Virus record (IMG/VR): IMGVR_UViG_3300047560_000921
Span: 1-64,000 of that record
Strand: one strand, 5' to 3'
Length of the DNA stretch: 64,000 nucleotides
The first letter of the stretch is position 1. The number at the start of each line of letters is the position of its first letter. The notes under the pieces are model-generated. The model made no database searches. It was not told the DNA's origin and worked only from the letters and a program-made list of their open reading frames with translations. The translations under genes and the position numbers were made by a program. This document shows positions 48,429-57,072 of this stretch, piece after piece.

Positions 48429-50116
48429 TGTGGGGCTCCTTCTGGAGGTGCTTCGCCTCCCATATCGCCGCCTTCTGGAGGTGCTTCTTCGCCGCCTTCA
48501 GCCGGAGGCTGTACGCCAACTGCGCCTAGTTCGTTGGTACCAATGCCGCCTGCTGTGCCTGCGCTCATCATGTCGTCCGAACCTACACCAGCATCTTCGT
48601 GCTTGTCTGGGTTCTCTTCTAACCACAACTCTTCGTTTTCTACAATCTCGTCTTCTTCTAAGCCTAGATATTTCTGTAGTACAAAGCGTCTGCTTAGGAA
48701 TGGTACCTCTGCTAGCTGTGTAAACACGCTGGCTCTGCTTGCATTTAGTTCGGTTTCTCTGTATGCCGCAAAGTTTTGTGGCGGTAGGAAACGCAAATCA
48801 AATGTACTTGCATCAATCTCGATGCCTTTGAACTTTAAGAATAGTTTAAATTCTTCGTCAAAACGTGGGGCAATTAAACCCTGAATACGTTGGCAATACT
48901 TGTTAAAGCGGAACTCTTGAATAAACGCTGTTCCTACTTTACCGTCTTGATATGCGGCTGTTCCGTCGTCTGGTCCAGTAGGCAAATAGCTACTAGGAAT
49001 ACGCAATGCTCGCATCATTTTGTTAGTAAAGAACTTCAAGTCATCAATTTGACCTAAGTTTTCACCGCCTGGAAGTGTTTCTACTTTACTGCCACGGCCG
49101 TCTGCTGTTGTGGCAAAGAAGTAGTCTTCCATCATAGATAGCGGATTGTAACCAGCATCCATAACTGTTTGTCCCCCGCCGTTACGGCTAGGAATACGGC
49201 GTTGGTGAATTTCGTTTTTAACACGTTCAACAAAAGCCATGGCCATGTGCGCTGGCATGTTACCTGTGTCAATATAGAATACACGACGTTCTGGCGCACG
49301 TTGTACGCGGTAGATAATAATAGCGTCTTCTAATAATTCTTTTTGCTTGTAAATCTTAAAAATACTATCAAGGATACTTGTACCAAAAGGCCAGTTGTTG
49401 TCCATACCTTCAGTCATTGACAAATGTACAACGTGGTCACTGTCAATACCAAATTCTTCAATTTGTCCTTGATTGCTTTTGCTACCATAGTTCATAGCTT
49501 GACCAGGTTGAATGTTACCTAGTCTGCTCATTGCACTCATGGCCATAAACTGTGTATCGTGCTTGATAACATCAGTTGCTGTTTTGTCCATAATATCTAA
49601 CGACAAATTCTTAACAACGTATTGCTCAGGTTTCTTGCCTTTAGTTTGGTTAATAATAATCTTTGTCAGTGCAGTTGGGTCTAACCAAATCCACTCAAAC
49701 GTTTCTGGATCACGAATGAAAAAGTTGTCGCCATACTTTAGTACGCTACGCACTGCTCTGAATAATCGCTTGTCCCATTCATTAATACGGCACCATTGCT
49801 GTAGTGCTTTACGCAATACTTTAACTTCACTGTCAGTTGGTGTATCGTTAAAATGTACGTCAAATGGAACGTTTGTCTTGGCATCGAACTGTGTACAAAA
49901 CTCAGCAATAGTGTCTAGGGCCGCATTGATTTCACTGTCCATGTCCATTTGGTCATATTGCATATAACGGTCAACACGGTTTGGTGTACCAGTGTACACT
50001 TCATTAAGATAACTAGAAAATTTGCTAGTAGTGACGCTTCTGGAATTGGAGCTTTGTGGCTGATTTCCAGTATTAAACGACGATTTTTGAACGTTAAAGT
50101 ATTTTTTCCAAGACAT
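48425..50116 (-). CDS. gp20: portal protein
   Basis: 'LLEDAIIIYRVQRAPERRVFYIDTGNMP', 'MEDYFF', 'VETLPGG.NL', 'ALRIP.S'. Confidence 0.96.
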   Translation of the reverse strand: MSWKKYFNVQKSSFNTGNQPQSSNSRSVTTSKFSSYLNEVYTGTPNRVDRYMQYDQMDMDSEINAALDTIAEFCTQFDAKTNVPFDVHFNDTPTDSEVKVLRKALQQWCRINEWDKRLFRAVRSVLKYGDNFFIRDPETFEWIWLDPTALTKIIINQTKGKKPEQYVVKNLSLDIMDKTATDVIKHDTQFMAMSAMSRLGNIQPGQAMNYGSKSNQGQIEEFGIDSDHVVHLSMTEGMDNNWPFGTSILDSIFKIYKQKELLEDAIIIYRVQRAPERRVFYIDTGNMPAHMAMAFVERVKNEIHQRRIPSRNGGGQTVMDAGYNPLSMMEDYFFATTADGRGSKVETLPGGENLGQIDDLKFFTNKMMRALRIPSSYLPTGPDDGTAAYQDGKVGTAFIQEFRFNKYCQRIQGLIAPRFDEEFKLFLKFKGIEIDASTFDLRFLPPQNFAAYRETELNASRASVFTQLAEVPFLSRRFVLQKYLGLEEDEIVENEELWLEENPDKHEDAGVGSDDMMSAGTAGGIGTNELGAVGVQPPAEGGEEAPPEGGDMGGEAPPEGAPQ

Positions 50117-50123
50117 AGTTGTA

Positions 50124-50129
50124 TATTTA
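50124..50129 (-). promoter_or_regulatory. late promoter box TAAATA (portal)
   Basis: 7 nt upstream of the portal ATG. Confidence 0.6.
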
Positions 50130-50130
50130 G

Positions 50131-52260
50131 TTAACCGTAAGCCCCTGCCTGTTCAACAGCTTTGCCAGTTCTTTCAGTATTATCTGCAATAACTTTCTGT
50201 TGGGCAACACCGGCTTTAGTAGCATCTGCCATATCCTGCATTAATTGCATTTGCGCTTTTTGTACGTCTGCTTGGGTTCCATATGAATATGATTCACGTT
50301 TAGTTGCGGCTGCAACCACTGAACTACTAGCATCACTTACTTCGCTACCCATAACAGGATTGCCCATAGCATCTGTCTGCGAAGGACCTGACGCCATATC
50401 GTCTTTACTAATACCTAGAACTTTACGGCCTAGCCATGAGCTCTTTAGCCAATCCCATAATAGTGTAAATGGTTGCATTGCAAACTCGCCAACTTTGGCT
50501 AACATCTTAAATGGCAAAGATATAACATCAAATAATACTGATGCCAAGCCCTTTGCAAGATCCCACAATAGGCCAGGTACATTACCTAGTCCTGTTGCTA
50601 GTGAATCCCAAATCTTTTCAAAGTTTAATTCAACTAGACCTTCTACTACACCCGACAGAGTATCAAATAAATTCTTAAAGATTGCCCACACTGGTTTAAT
50701 TACTTTAAAGGTTTCTCCAATTACCCATCCCAGTGATTTGAAAACTGGCATTAACAACGATTTAGTAATATTAATTAACGACCCTAATACATCAACGGCG
50801 ATAGACAATGTATCAGATAAGCCATCGATCATTTCTTCCGGGATTAAGTCGATAAATCCAAACAGTTTGCTACTTAATTTTTCAAATGTAGCACCCATCT
50901 TTTCGCTGATGCTTTTTAATTTTTCTTCTGCACGGCCTTTGGCTTTCATTGCTTCAAGCTCTTCGGTACTCATTTCTGTATATTTTTTAGCACTATTATA
51001 CATATCAAGCAGTCGCTTGGCGCTAGCATCGCCTTGTTGTGCTAACAACTGCAAGGTAGGAATGTTAGGTGCCATACTGCTGACCATGGCTTGTGCGCTG
51101 GCACCAAATTCACCTGCGCTAACTGTATTGTCTTTTAATTTCTTTTGGAAGTTGTCTAATACTTGAATATCAGCAAACGGTGCAATTTCTTGACCTAGCT
51201 TGGTGTTAATAATACTCAAACCTGCGCTTTGTGCTTCTGCAACTTGATTGAATAGTTCTTTACCTATCTGACCAAAAACTGCTTCAAAGCCGCTTGCACC
51301 ACGTGCTAGTGCTTCTACTGCTTCGCCTGTGCTACGACCAAATGCACGTAGACCGTTAATAATAACTGGACTCTTTAACAAGTCACCTAGGCTCTTTTTC
51401 ATTGCATTCATATCAGCACCTGTTGCAATGCTAACTTTACGCAATGTTTCTAAACTTTTACCGTATGCATGTGCGGCGCCGCTTACTGCATCGGCACCTT
51501 TAGCGCCTGTTGCGGCAAATACATTAATAAAGTCTGCACTGCCCTTGGCTAAGTCTGAGGCACTCATACCAAACGTGCCATAAGTGTCTCTTACTTGTGT
51601 TTGTAAGTCACCAAACGCACGGGCAGCATCCATACCATTTGAGCCTAGTGCTCTGTATGCTTGACCTGTTTCTTTTAATGCACCATAAAAACTCTTTAAT
51701 GCTAGTCCGCTGTTAGCGGCAATTTCTGCACTTTCGCCTAATTTGCTACTATAACCCAAGCCAGCATTAACCATGTCTTCCATGCTGTCAAGGTATTCTT
51801 TAGTTTTATTGGCCAGCATCATTAAGCCTTGTGCGCCTACTTGTAATGCTAGTCCCCATGGACCGCCCATCATTGATCCAATGGCAGACATACCACTACT
51901 CATGGTGCCCATTGCACCGGCAAAGCTATTACTACTACCAGCTATTTTGTATAATTCTTTAGAACCTTGGAATGCAGCGGTGCCTAGCATACCTAGTGTA
52001 CTGCTGTGACGCAGAGCGTTTGTGCCCATATCGCCAAAATTCTTTTTAAGTGTCTTGGCTGTTTCGCCTAAATCATCTAATTGTTCTGCTGGATTTTTAG
52101 TAGCAGGTGCGCCGCCGCCTGCTTTTCCTGCACTTGCACCAGTGGCGCCGGCACTACCACCGCCAAACTTATCTAGCAGTTTAAGTAGCGTTTCTTCTGT
52201 TGCCCATTGCGGTCTACTCGACCCGTCGGGTAAGTTAATATCCTGTGGTGGTTTAGCCAT
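50131..52260 (-). CDS. probable tape measure protein
   Basis: 709 aa, Ala/Gly-rich helical with W/F-spaced amphipathic region; divergent from the gp26-like gene. Confidence 0.65.
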   Translation of the reverse strand: MAKPPQDINLPDGSSRPQWATEETLLKLLDKFGGGSAGATGASAGKAGGGAPATKNPAEQLDDLGETAKTLKKNFGDMGTNALRHSSTLGMLGTAAFQGSKELYKIAGSSNSFAGAMGTMSSGMSAIGSMMGGPWGLALQVGAQGLMMLANKTKEYLDSMEDMVNAGLGYSSKLGESAEIAANSGLALKSFYGALKETGQAYRALGSNGMDAARAFGDLQTQVRDTYGTFGMSASDLAKGSADFINVFAATGAKGADAVSGAAHAYGKSLETLRKVSIATGADMNAMKKSLGDLLKSPVIINGLRAFGRSTGEAVEALARGASGFEAVFGQIGKELFNQVAEAQSAGLSIINTKLGQEIAPFADIQVLDNFQKKLKDNTVSAGEFGASAQAMVSSMAPNIPTLQLLAQQGDASAKRLLDMYNSAKKYTEMSTEELEAMKAKGRAEEKLKSISEKMGATFEKLSSKLFGFIDLIPEEMIDGLSDTLSIAVDVLGSLINITKSLLMPVFKSLGWVIGETFKVIKPVWAIFKNLFDTLSGVVEGLVELNFEKIWDSLATGLGNVPGLLWDLAKGLASVLFDVISLPFKMLAKVGEFAMQPFTLLWDWLKSSWLGRKVLGISKDDMASGPSQTDAMGNPVMGSEVSDASSSVVAAATKRESYSYGTQADVQKAQMQLMQDMADATKAGVAQQKVIADNTERTGKAVEQAGAYG

Positions 52261-52270
52261 TATCTATGTA

Positions 52271-52298
52271 TATAAATACTCCAGTACACTATTATTTA
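52271..52298. promoter_or_regulatory. face-to-face late promoters (+ TATAAATA 52271-52278; - TAAATA 52293-52298)
   Basis: Each box points at the ATG of the divergent gene on the far side. Confidence 0.6.
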
Positions 52299-52312
52299 TC
52301 GGAGTAAAAACC

Positions 52313-53158
52313 ATGGAAAACACACGCACAAACCCACTGATTCAATACAATCGCAGGCCAGCCAGATATGTTAAGTTGCCTAGCATGGGCAAATGCTATC
52401 TTAAAGGGATCGACTTAACAGATACTAACGAAGTAGCTGTGTATCCAATGACTGCCAAAGACGAACTATTATTGAAAAGCCCAGATGCATTGCTTAACGG
52501 CGAGTCTATCAAGCAAGTATTCAAGGCTTGTGTACCTGGCATTGTAGATCCAAACGAAATCCCTATTATCGACCAAGATGCTATTATGGTTGGTATTCGC
52601 ATGGCCACGTATGGCGACCATATGGAATTAGACTTTACTCATGATTGTGAACCTGATGCTGTTACACAAGTTAACGTTAACTTGGGTTCTATTTTAGATA
52701 GCACTACATTCTACGGCGGTGATGTTGAAGTTGTATTACCTAGCAGTGGTATGCGAGTATTCGTTAAGCCTTATACACTAGTGGAACAAAACAAAGTTAA
52801 TATTGCTGGATTTGAAGAAATGGCTAAAAGCCAACAAGTTGAAGCAGAAGTCAAAGAACAGTTACAAAAGCTAAAAATGGCAGGCAAGAGCTTTACCCGC
52901 TTGCTAGATGCAACACTAGACTTGATTACTGCCAGCATTGACAAAGTTATCACGCCCGACAATCAAGAGTTCATCGACAAGCGCATGATCCGCGAATGGG
53001 TTACTACTATTAGTAAACCGGAATTTGACTTAATAGATCGCGCTCTTAAAAGCATTACCGAAGTAGGCGTTAATAGTAAAATCACAGTTAAGTGCGCCAA
53101 ATGCGGACAAGACTATGAAGCTGAGCTAACTTTCAACCCTAGCGATTTTTTCGGTTAA
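52313..53158 (+). CDS. gp26: baseplate hub / tail assembly chaperone (gp26-like)
   Basis: Start MENTRTNPL (ATG 52313); 'LPS.G..Y', 'MTAKDEL.L', 'IR.ATYG', C-terminal CxxC and 'FNPSDFFG'. Confidence 0.75.
   Translation: MENTRTNPLIQYNRRPARYVKLPSMGKCYLKGIDLTDTNEVAVYPMTAKDELLLKSPDALLNGESIKQVFKACVPGIVDPNEIPIIDQDAIMVGIRMATYGDHMELDFTHDCEPDAVTQVNVNLGSILDSTTFYGGDVEVVLPSSGMRVFVKPYTLVEQNKVNIAGFEEMAKSQQVEAEVKEQLQKLKMAGKSFTRLLDATLDLITASIDKVITPDNQEFIDKRMIREWVTTISKPEFDLIDRALKSITEVGVNSKITVKCAKCGQDYEAELTFNPSDFFG
53146..53152 (+). other. -1 ribosomal frameshift slippery heptamer T TTT TTC
   Basis: In-frame X XXY YYZ immediately before the last sense codon; the -1 frame is open from 53143 to the stop at 53388. 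Confidence 0.6.
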
Positions 53159-53193
53159 GGCTTTCTCAATTACTGAAAGAGCCCGCTAAACTA

Positions 53194-53388
53194 ATGCAAT
53201 TCGTTAGCTCTTTCGAAAAAGACCAGAAGGCCATACAAAAAGATTTAATGCTATTAGCCATATACAGCGGAATGCCTTACAGCGAAATCTATAACTTATG
53301 CCCAGAAGAACGCAATGCTCTTTCCGAGGCATTACAGTATAAAGCTGAACAAGAAGAAAGAGCAATGAAAGAATCGACAAGAAGATAA
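53194..53388 (+). CDS. gp51-like / tail-chaperone extension ORF, possibly made as a frameshift fusion
   Basis: 'GMPYSEIYNLCPEER' resembles tail-chaperone C-terminal extensions; no strong SD. Confidence 0.6.
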   Translation: MQFVSSFEKDQKAIQKDLMLLAIYSGMPYSEIYNLCPEERNALSEALQYKAEQEERAMKESTRR

Positions 53389-53863
53389 TAGCTGTGTAAA
53401 CACAGCTTATTCTTCACTTTACTGCGTAAAGCTCGAATAATTTATTGTTTAATAATTGTTGAATGATTAAGTATTATCCTGAGTTCAGTCACACTTAGCC
53501 TTAAGCAAAGGCCAAGTATTCGAGACATTATCCTTCATCCATATGTCACACTCTAAATAAGCAACTTGTTTTGACCAAGTAAGGGCGGTTCCGCTGTACC
53601 CTTTTACGCTAGACTTAAACGCAACTACACAACACTTTTAGAGCAGTTTGTGTAACCTGTGAGTTGTAATTGTCAACAGAGCTCACTCTTTTCAGCTTTA
53701 CATATACTAAACCCAGTTCTTTTCAAGCAATTGAACTTCGTCCTGTTAAGGATAGTGGTTTTAGTCTCTGCTACGGCGCAGAAGTTCCATCCCTGTGCTC
53801 ACGCTTGGCCAGGTATAGGATCCCTTAATATGCGGCCGGGACTGGGCCTTTCCGTAGTTGTTA
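53389..53863 (-). ncRNA. candidate large structured non-coding RNA (~475 nt), family unrecognised
   Basis: Only long ORF-free gap in the window; at least 9 hairpins, several needing G-U pairs possible only on the minus strand; putative 8-bp pseudoknot. Confidence 0.6.
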
Positions 53864-54292
53864 TTAGAGTTTGTTTATAATGTGGGAGCCATGGACGCGA
53901 ACTTGAATGTGCCCGTTGTAATAATCTGCTGATTCCAGTACTCTGTGAGTAAACTGTTCTCTAGCTTCTATGTACGAGCATTGAGCCTTAGATGTACAGT
54001 AAAATAAGATTTCTCTAGTAAAATTATCTTTACCTAGGGTCTCTACGTCCTTGTTGAGTTCAATGTTTGAGCCAAAATATTCGCGCCAATCAGAATCGAT
54101 TTTGCTACGAATTTTCTTTTTCTTTTTTGTGCCGTTTTTGAGTTTAACTGTTTTGTATGTGGTTTTAGAGAATTTTGCTAATTTCTTGCCGATGTATTTG
54201 CGGCCTGTTGCATTATTTGTGATAATGTAAACAAACCCAATACAATCTTCCGGAAGTGCTTCCACTTCAACTCCCTGATATAGCCAAGTCAT
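53864..54292 (-). CDS. stand-alone GIY-YIG family endonuclease (142 aa)
   Basis: GFVYIIT....RKYIGKK, 'YFGS', conserved E (YIEAREQ) and YYN; Lys-rich insertion; no C-terminal DNA-binding domain. Confidence 0.8.
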   Translation of the reverse strand: MTWLYQGVEVEALPEDCIGFVYIITNNATGRKYIGKKLAKFSKTTYKTVKLKNGTKKKKKIRSKIDSDWREYFGSNIELNKDVETLGKDNFTREILFYCTSKAQCSYIEAREQFTHRVLESADYYNGHIQVRVHGSHIINKL

Positions 54293-54309
54293 AGCTTACT
54301 ATATAGTCG

Positions 54310-54948
54310 TCATGCTTGATTTGTATCACTTTCAGGCGAAAAACCTAGCACCATGGGAAGTTTAGATAGTTGTATTCTATTAGAGTTTATAAGTTGAGCC
54401 GTTGCGTCTTGATAATATTGTTCTACTAATTCTATGGTTTCTGCTGTTTGGATTTTGTTATTAAATGTGTATCTTAAGGATTCTAGTTGAAAAACAGATG
54501 TTTCGTATTCTTCTTGTTTAAATTTTAAAAGTTTTTGTGCGCTATCTGCAGAGCAGTTATGTACGTGCTGGAACACATCGACCCACTGATCTATAGATTT
54601 TAAATTATTGTAAAATTGATGATTGCTGTAATTGTATTTTTCAAATTGAAAGTCTACTGCACTGTTTACATAATTGATAGCCAGTGCTTTAGCCCGCATG
54701 AACTGCAACTGCTTGAATTCTGTGGGATTAGTAGTCTTTGCTTTTTTGTATAGTATACGTTTTCCGTTGTCGTAAAACAACTGGTATGTGCAGTAAAGAT
54801 GCCAAACAGACAACTTAGTTTCACCGTTAAACACATTGTAGCTAAGATTGCTTTCAAAGTTAGGAGGCTGATTATCGATGTAATAACTCAGCCAAACTAC
54901 TTGGTCAGTAATTTGATCGACTAACATTTTAAATCGATGAATAGCCAT
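54310..54948 (-). CDS. hypothetical protein (212 aa), last gene of the enzyme cassette
   Basis: ORF track; overlaps the upstream gene. Confidence 0.7.
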   Translation of the reverse strand: MAIHRFKMLVDQITDQVVWLSYYIDNQPPNFESNLSYNVFNGETKLSVWHLYCTYQLFYDNGKRILYKKAKTTNPTEFKQLQFMRAKALAINYVNSAVDFQFEKYNYSNHQFYNNLKSIDQWVDVFQHVHNCSADSAQKLLKFKQEEYETSVFQLESLRYTFNNKIQTAETIELVEQYYQDATAQLINSNRIQLSKLPMVLGFSPESDTNQA

Positions 54949-55999
54949 CTATACTCCTTACATTGGAAAACTTTATTACTCCATCTTCTTCGTAAATTTG
55001 TGTCTTGTATGTTTGTCGCAATGACATGCGTTGACTAAATGCCTTTTGTTTATTCATGTAACTAACATCATTAGTTGCATTAACAATATATCGTTTAGGC
55101 CATAGCTTGTTGTCTATGTAGTTGTGGTATTCTGGATTAGTGCTCATGTACTCAAAACTAAACGTCATTACGTCGTCATCGTAGAAGAAACGGAATATTT
55201 TGTTTTGTGTAGCAATGTCGCTAAGGTCACCGGTCGTACTCCAGTACCATGGACGTATTAAGTCGTCTTGGTGATCCAATGCATTTGCCCACCACCAACT
55301 TAGTTGGTTAATAGACTTAATTTCAAAAGGAGCTTGTCTTGCTAGTTTGATAATTATATCCTGATACAGTGTCGAGTTATCAATCCTAGTAATGTATGGC
55401 AGTAAGTTAATCCACGGATCCATTAAATCTAAGTCGCTGACATTGCCTTTAGAAAATTTTAAAATATCTGTAGACCCTATGACATGGTCGCCCATGTCTC
55501 CCGTTACTAATAATACATTAGGGTCACTCATTAGCTTGGGATAGTTTAATGGAACGATAGGAATGTTTGGTAGTATGTCTCTGTAAAATAGTTCAGGATA
55601 CTCGCCAATACTATATGATGTCATGGCAAGATTAAATTTGCCTGCTTCTAAAAATTCTTTAAATTTAGGATGCTTACGTAATGATACCAATGCACATACG
55701 CTATCGATACCACCACTGTACATTAATGTTATAGTTCTATTGCCCGCAGTGGTATAAATCTTATCAGCAACAGAATCTAGTATACTGTAGTATCTATCTT
55801 CCCAGTCATTGGTTAAGTTCTCTAATTTATACTTGGGGTCTTTAACTATACTGTAGCAAGGAAGTTCGATAGTATCTTTTAATAAGTTAAACCGATCCAC
55901 AGGGAATTCAAAGTTACCCACAACATTACGAAAGCTAGCCCGGTAAGGCAGCTTATCATATGGCATGCTACTCCAATTGACCCACAAGTATTGCTTCAT
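54929..55999 (-). CDS. N-type ATP pyrophosphatase (asparagine-synthetase C-domain-like)
   Basis: PP-loop MYSGGIDS, 'VTGDMGD', no glutaminase domain. Confidence 0.7.
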   Translation of the reverse strand: MKQYLWVNWSSMPYDKLPYRASFRNVVGNFEFPVDRFNLLKDTIELPCYSIVKDPKYKLENLTNDWEDRYYSILDSVADKIYTTAGNRTITLMYSGGIDSVCALVSLRKHPKFKEFLEAGKFNLAMTSYSIGEYPELFYRDILPNIPIVPLNYPKLMSDPNVLLVTGDMGDHVIGSTDILKFSKGNVSDLDLMDPWINLLPYITRIDNSTLYQDIIIKLARQAPFEIKSINQLSWWWANALDHQDDLIRPWYWSTTGDLSDIATQNKIFRFFYDDDVMTFSFEYMSTNPEYHNYIDNKLWPKRYIVNATNDVSYMNKQKAFSQRMSLRQTYKTQIYEEDGVIKFSNVRSIDGYSSI

Positions 56000-57072
56000 G
56001 CATTTGGTCCGCTGAGTTTTCTAGTAGCCACTAAGTTGTGCGTATGCGGCGTAGTAAGGTATGTAATTAAGTCAGCAATAGGAGTTGCGATTACTTGCCC
56101 GCTACTAATACCACCGGCAGCTTCATCGACATACGCTTGATATAGCATTTCTTTGCCTGAGTTAAAGTTTTTTCCTTGTAGCTGTTCAAAGCCTGTGTAT
56201 TTTCTAGCAGGTAACATTTCTGGCCATTCACGCTGAGTCATCAACGGCTTGAACAACATATGGAAACAACGCCACCACATTCTGGGATGTGGTAACCAGC
56301 GTATAAACACTTCGTAGATAACATCTTGTGTGTTTAAAAAGTCTTTTACAGCAGGATCAGTTAAGTATGCAACAATTAGCTCAGGGGTGTAAAGATAAAA
56401 TTTACTAGTACCCTCGTAACCCATGGCCATCATGTGTTGCATAATTGGCAAAGGGGTTTGCCACCAAACTGGCTTTGCAACTCCGGGCACGTTATCTAGT
56501 TCGGGTAAATCTAAATCAGGAGTTAATGTTTTCTTATAAGGTGCAAATACAATGTCTCCGCCTGCCATAATATAACAGTAGTCGGGACAAATAAAATCCA
56601 TAGTAGCACATTGCAACAAAACGTGAACACCAGTGAATCCATACTTTGCCGCGTACTCTTTGCCCTTAGTTGCATAAAATTCATCAGGATTAATTTTAAA
56701 ATCGATGTATTCTATGTTGTACTTTTCGCAAAAAGCATAAGCATTTTTAATGTCATGGTCGTTGAGTATGCGCCCGTCGGCATCAACCATACTAACGATA
56801 ACAGTTTTAAAAGGAATGTCGGCTTGCATAAAACTCAAACATGCCATTTGACTATCACTGCCGCCACTGAGTCCTACACAAATAGGCTTAGTAGCTTTAC
56901 TGGCAATTAGTCTAGCAGTGTTAATACATTCCTGTCTGAATGATTGTATAGGCCTGGTTGTATGGCCTAACTGTATTTGATATTGTTTAGTGGGATCGGG
57001 CTTGTTGTACCACTCGCCGCCAAATCCCCATTTAAAATGGTTGTTTTCTGTGTATTCAAACTTTAAGTCCAT
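55996..57072 (-). CDS. N-type ATP pyrophosphatase (asparagine-synthetase C-domain-like)
   Basis: PP-loop GLSGGSDS, 'MAGGD', 'RKYTGFE'; probable start MDLKFEY at 57072. Confidence 0.7.
   Translation of the reverse strand: MDLKFEYTENNHFKWGFGGEWYNKPDPTKQYQIQLGHTTRPIQSFRQECINTARLIASKATKPICVGLSGGSDSQMACLSFMQADIPFKTVIVSMVDADGRILNDHDIKNAYAFCEKYNIEYIDFKINPDEFYATKGKEYAAKYGFTGVHVLLQCATMDFICPDYCYIMAGGDIVFAPYKKTLTPDLDLPELDNVPGVAKPVWWQTPLPIMQHMMAMGYEGTSKFYLYTPELIVAYLTDPAVKDFLNTQDVIYEVFIRWLPHPRMWWRCFHMLFKPLMTQREWPEMLPARKYTGFEQLQGKNFNSGKEMLYQAYVDEAAGGISSGQVIATPIADLITYLTTPHTHNLVATRKLSGPNA

Noticed and set aside
52022-52312. N-terminal extension of the 378-aa ORF-track call
   Set aside because: It overlaps the tape measure gene on the other strand; promoter and RBS point to ATG 52313
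53755-53775. CAGAGACUA (minus strand) resembles the group I intron R element, next to a GIY-YIG gene
   Set aside because: No matching S element (UAGUC) for P7, no recognisable P/Q elements, and no interrupted host gene because the flanking genes are convergent and complete
53389-53863. RNase P RNA, tmRNA, tRNA or hammerhead identity for the structured region
   Set aside because: GGAAAGGCC and ACAG..CUUA only loosely recall RNase P and do not form P4 in the right order; no tRNA-like ends or T-loop/CCA; no CUGAUGA core
53659-53880. 73-aa plus-strand ORF and a 28-aa minus-strand ORF in the intergenic region
   Set aside because: No convincing RBS, no protein-like features, and they overlap the dense RNA helices
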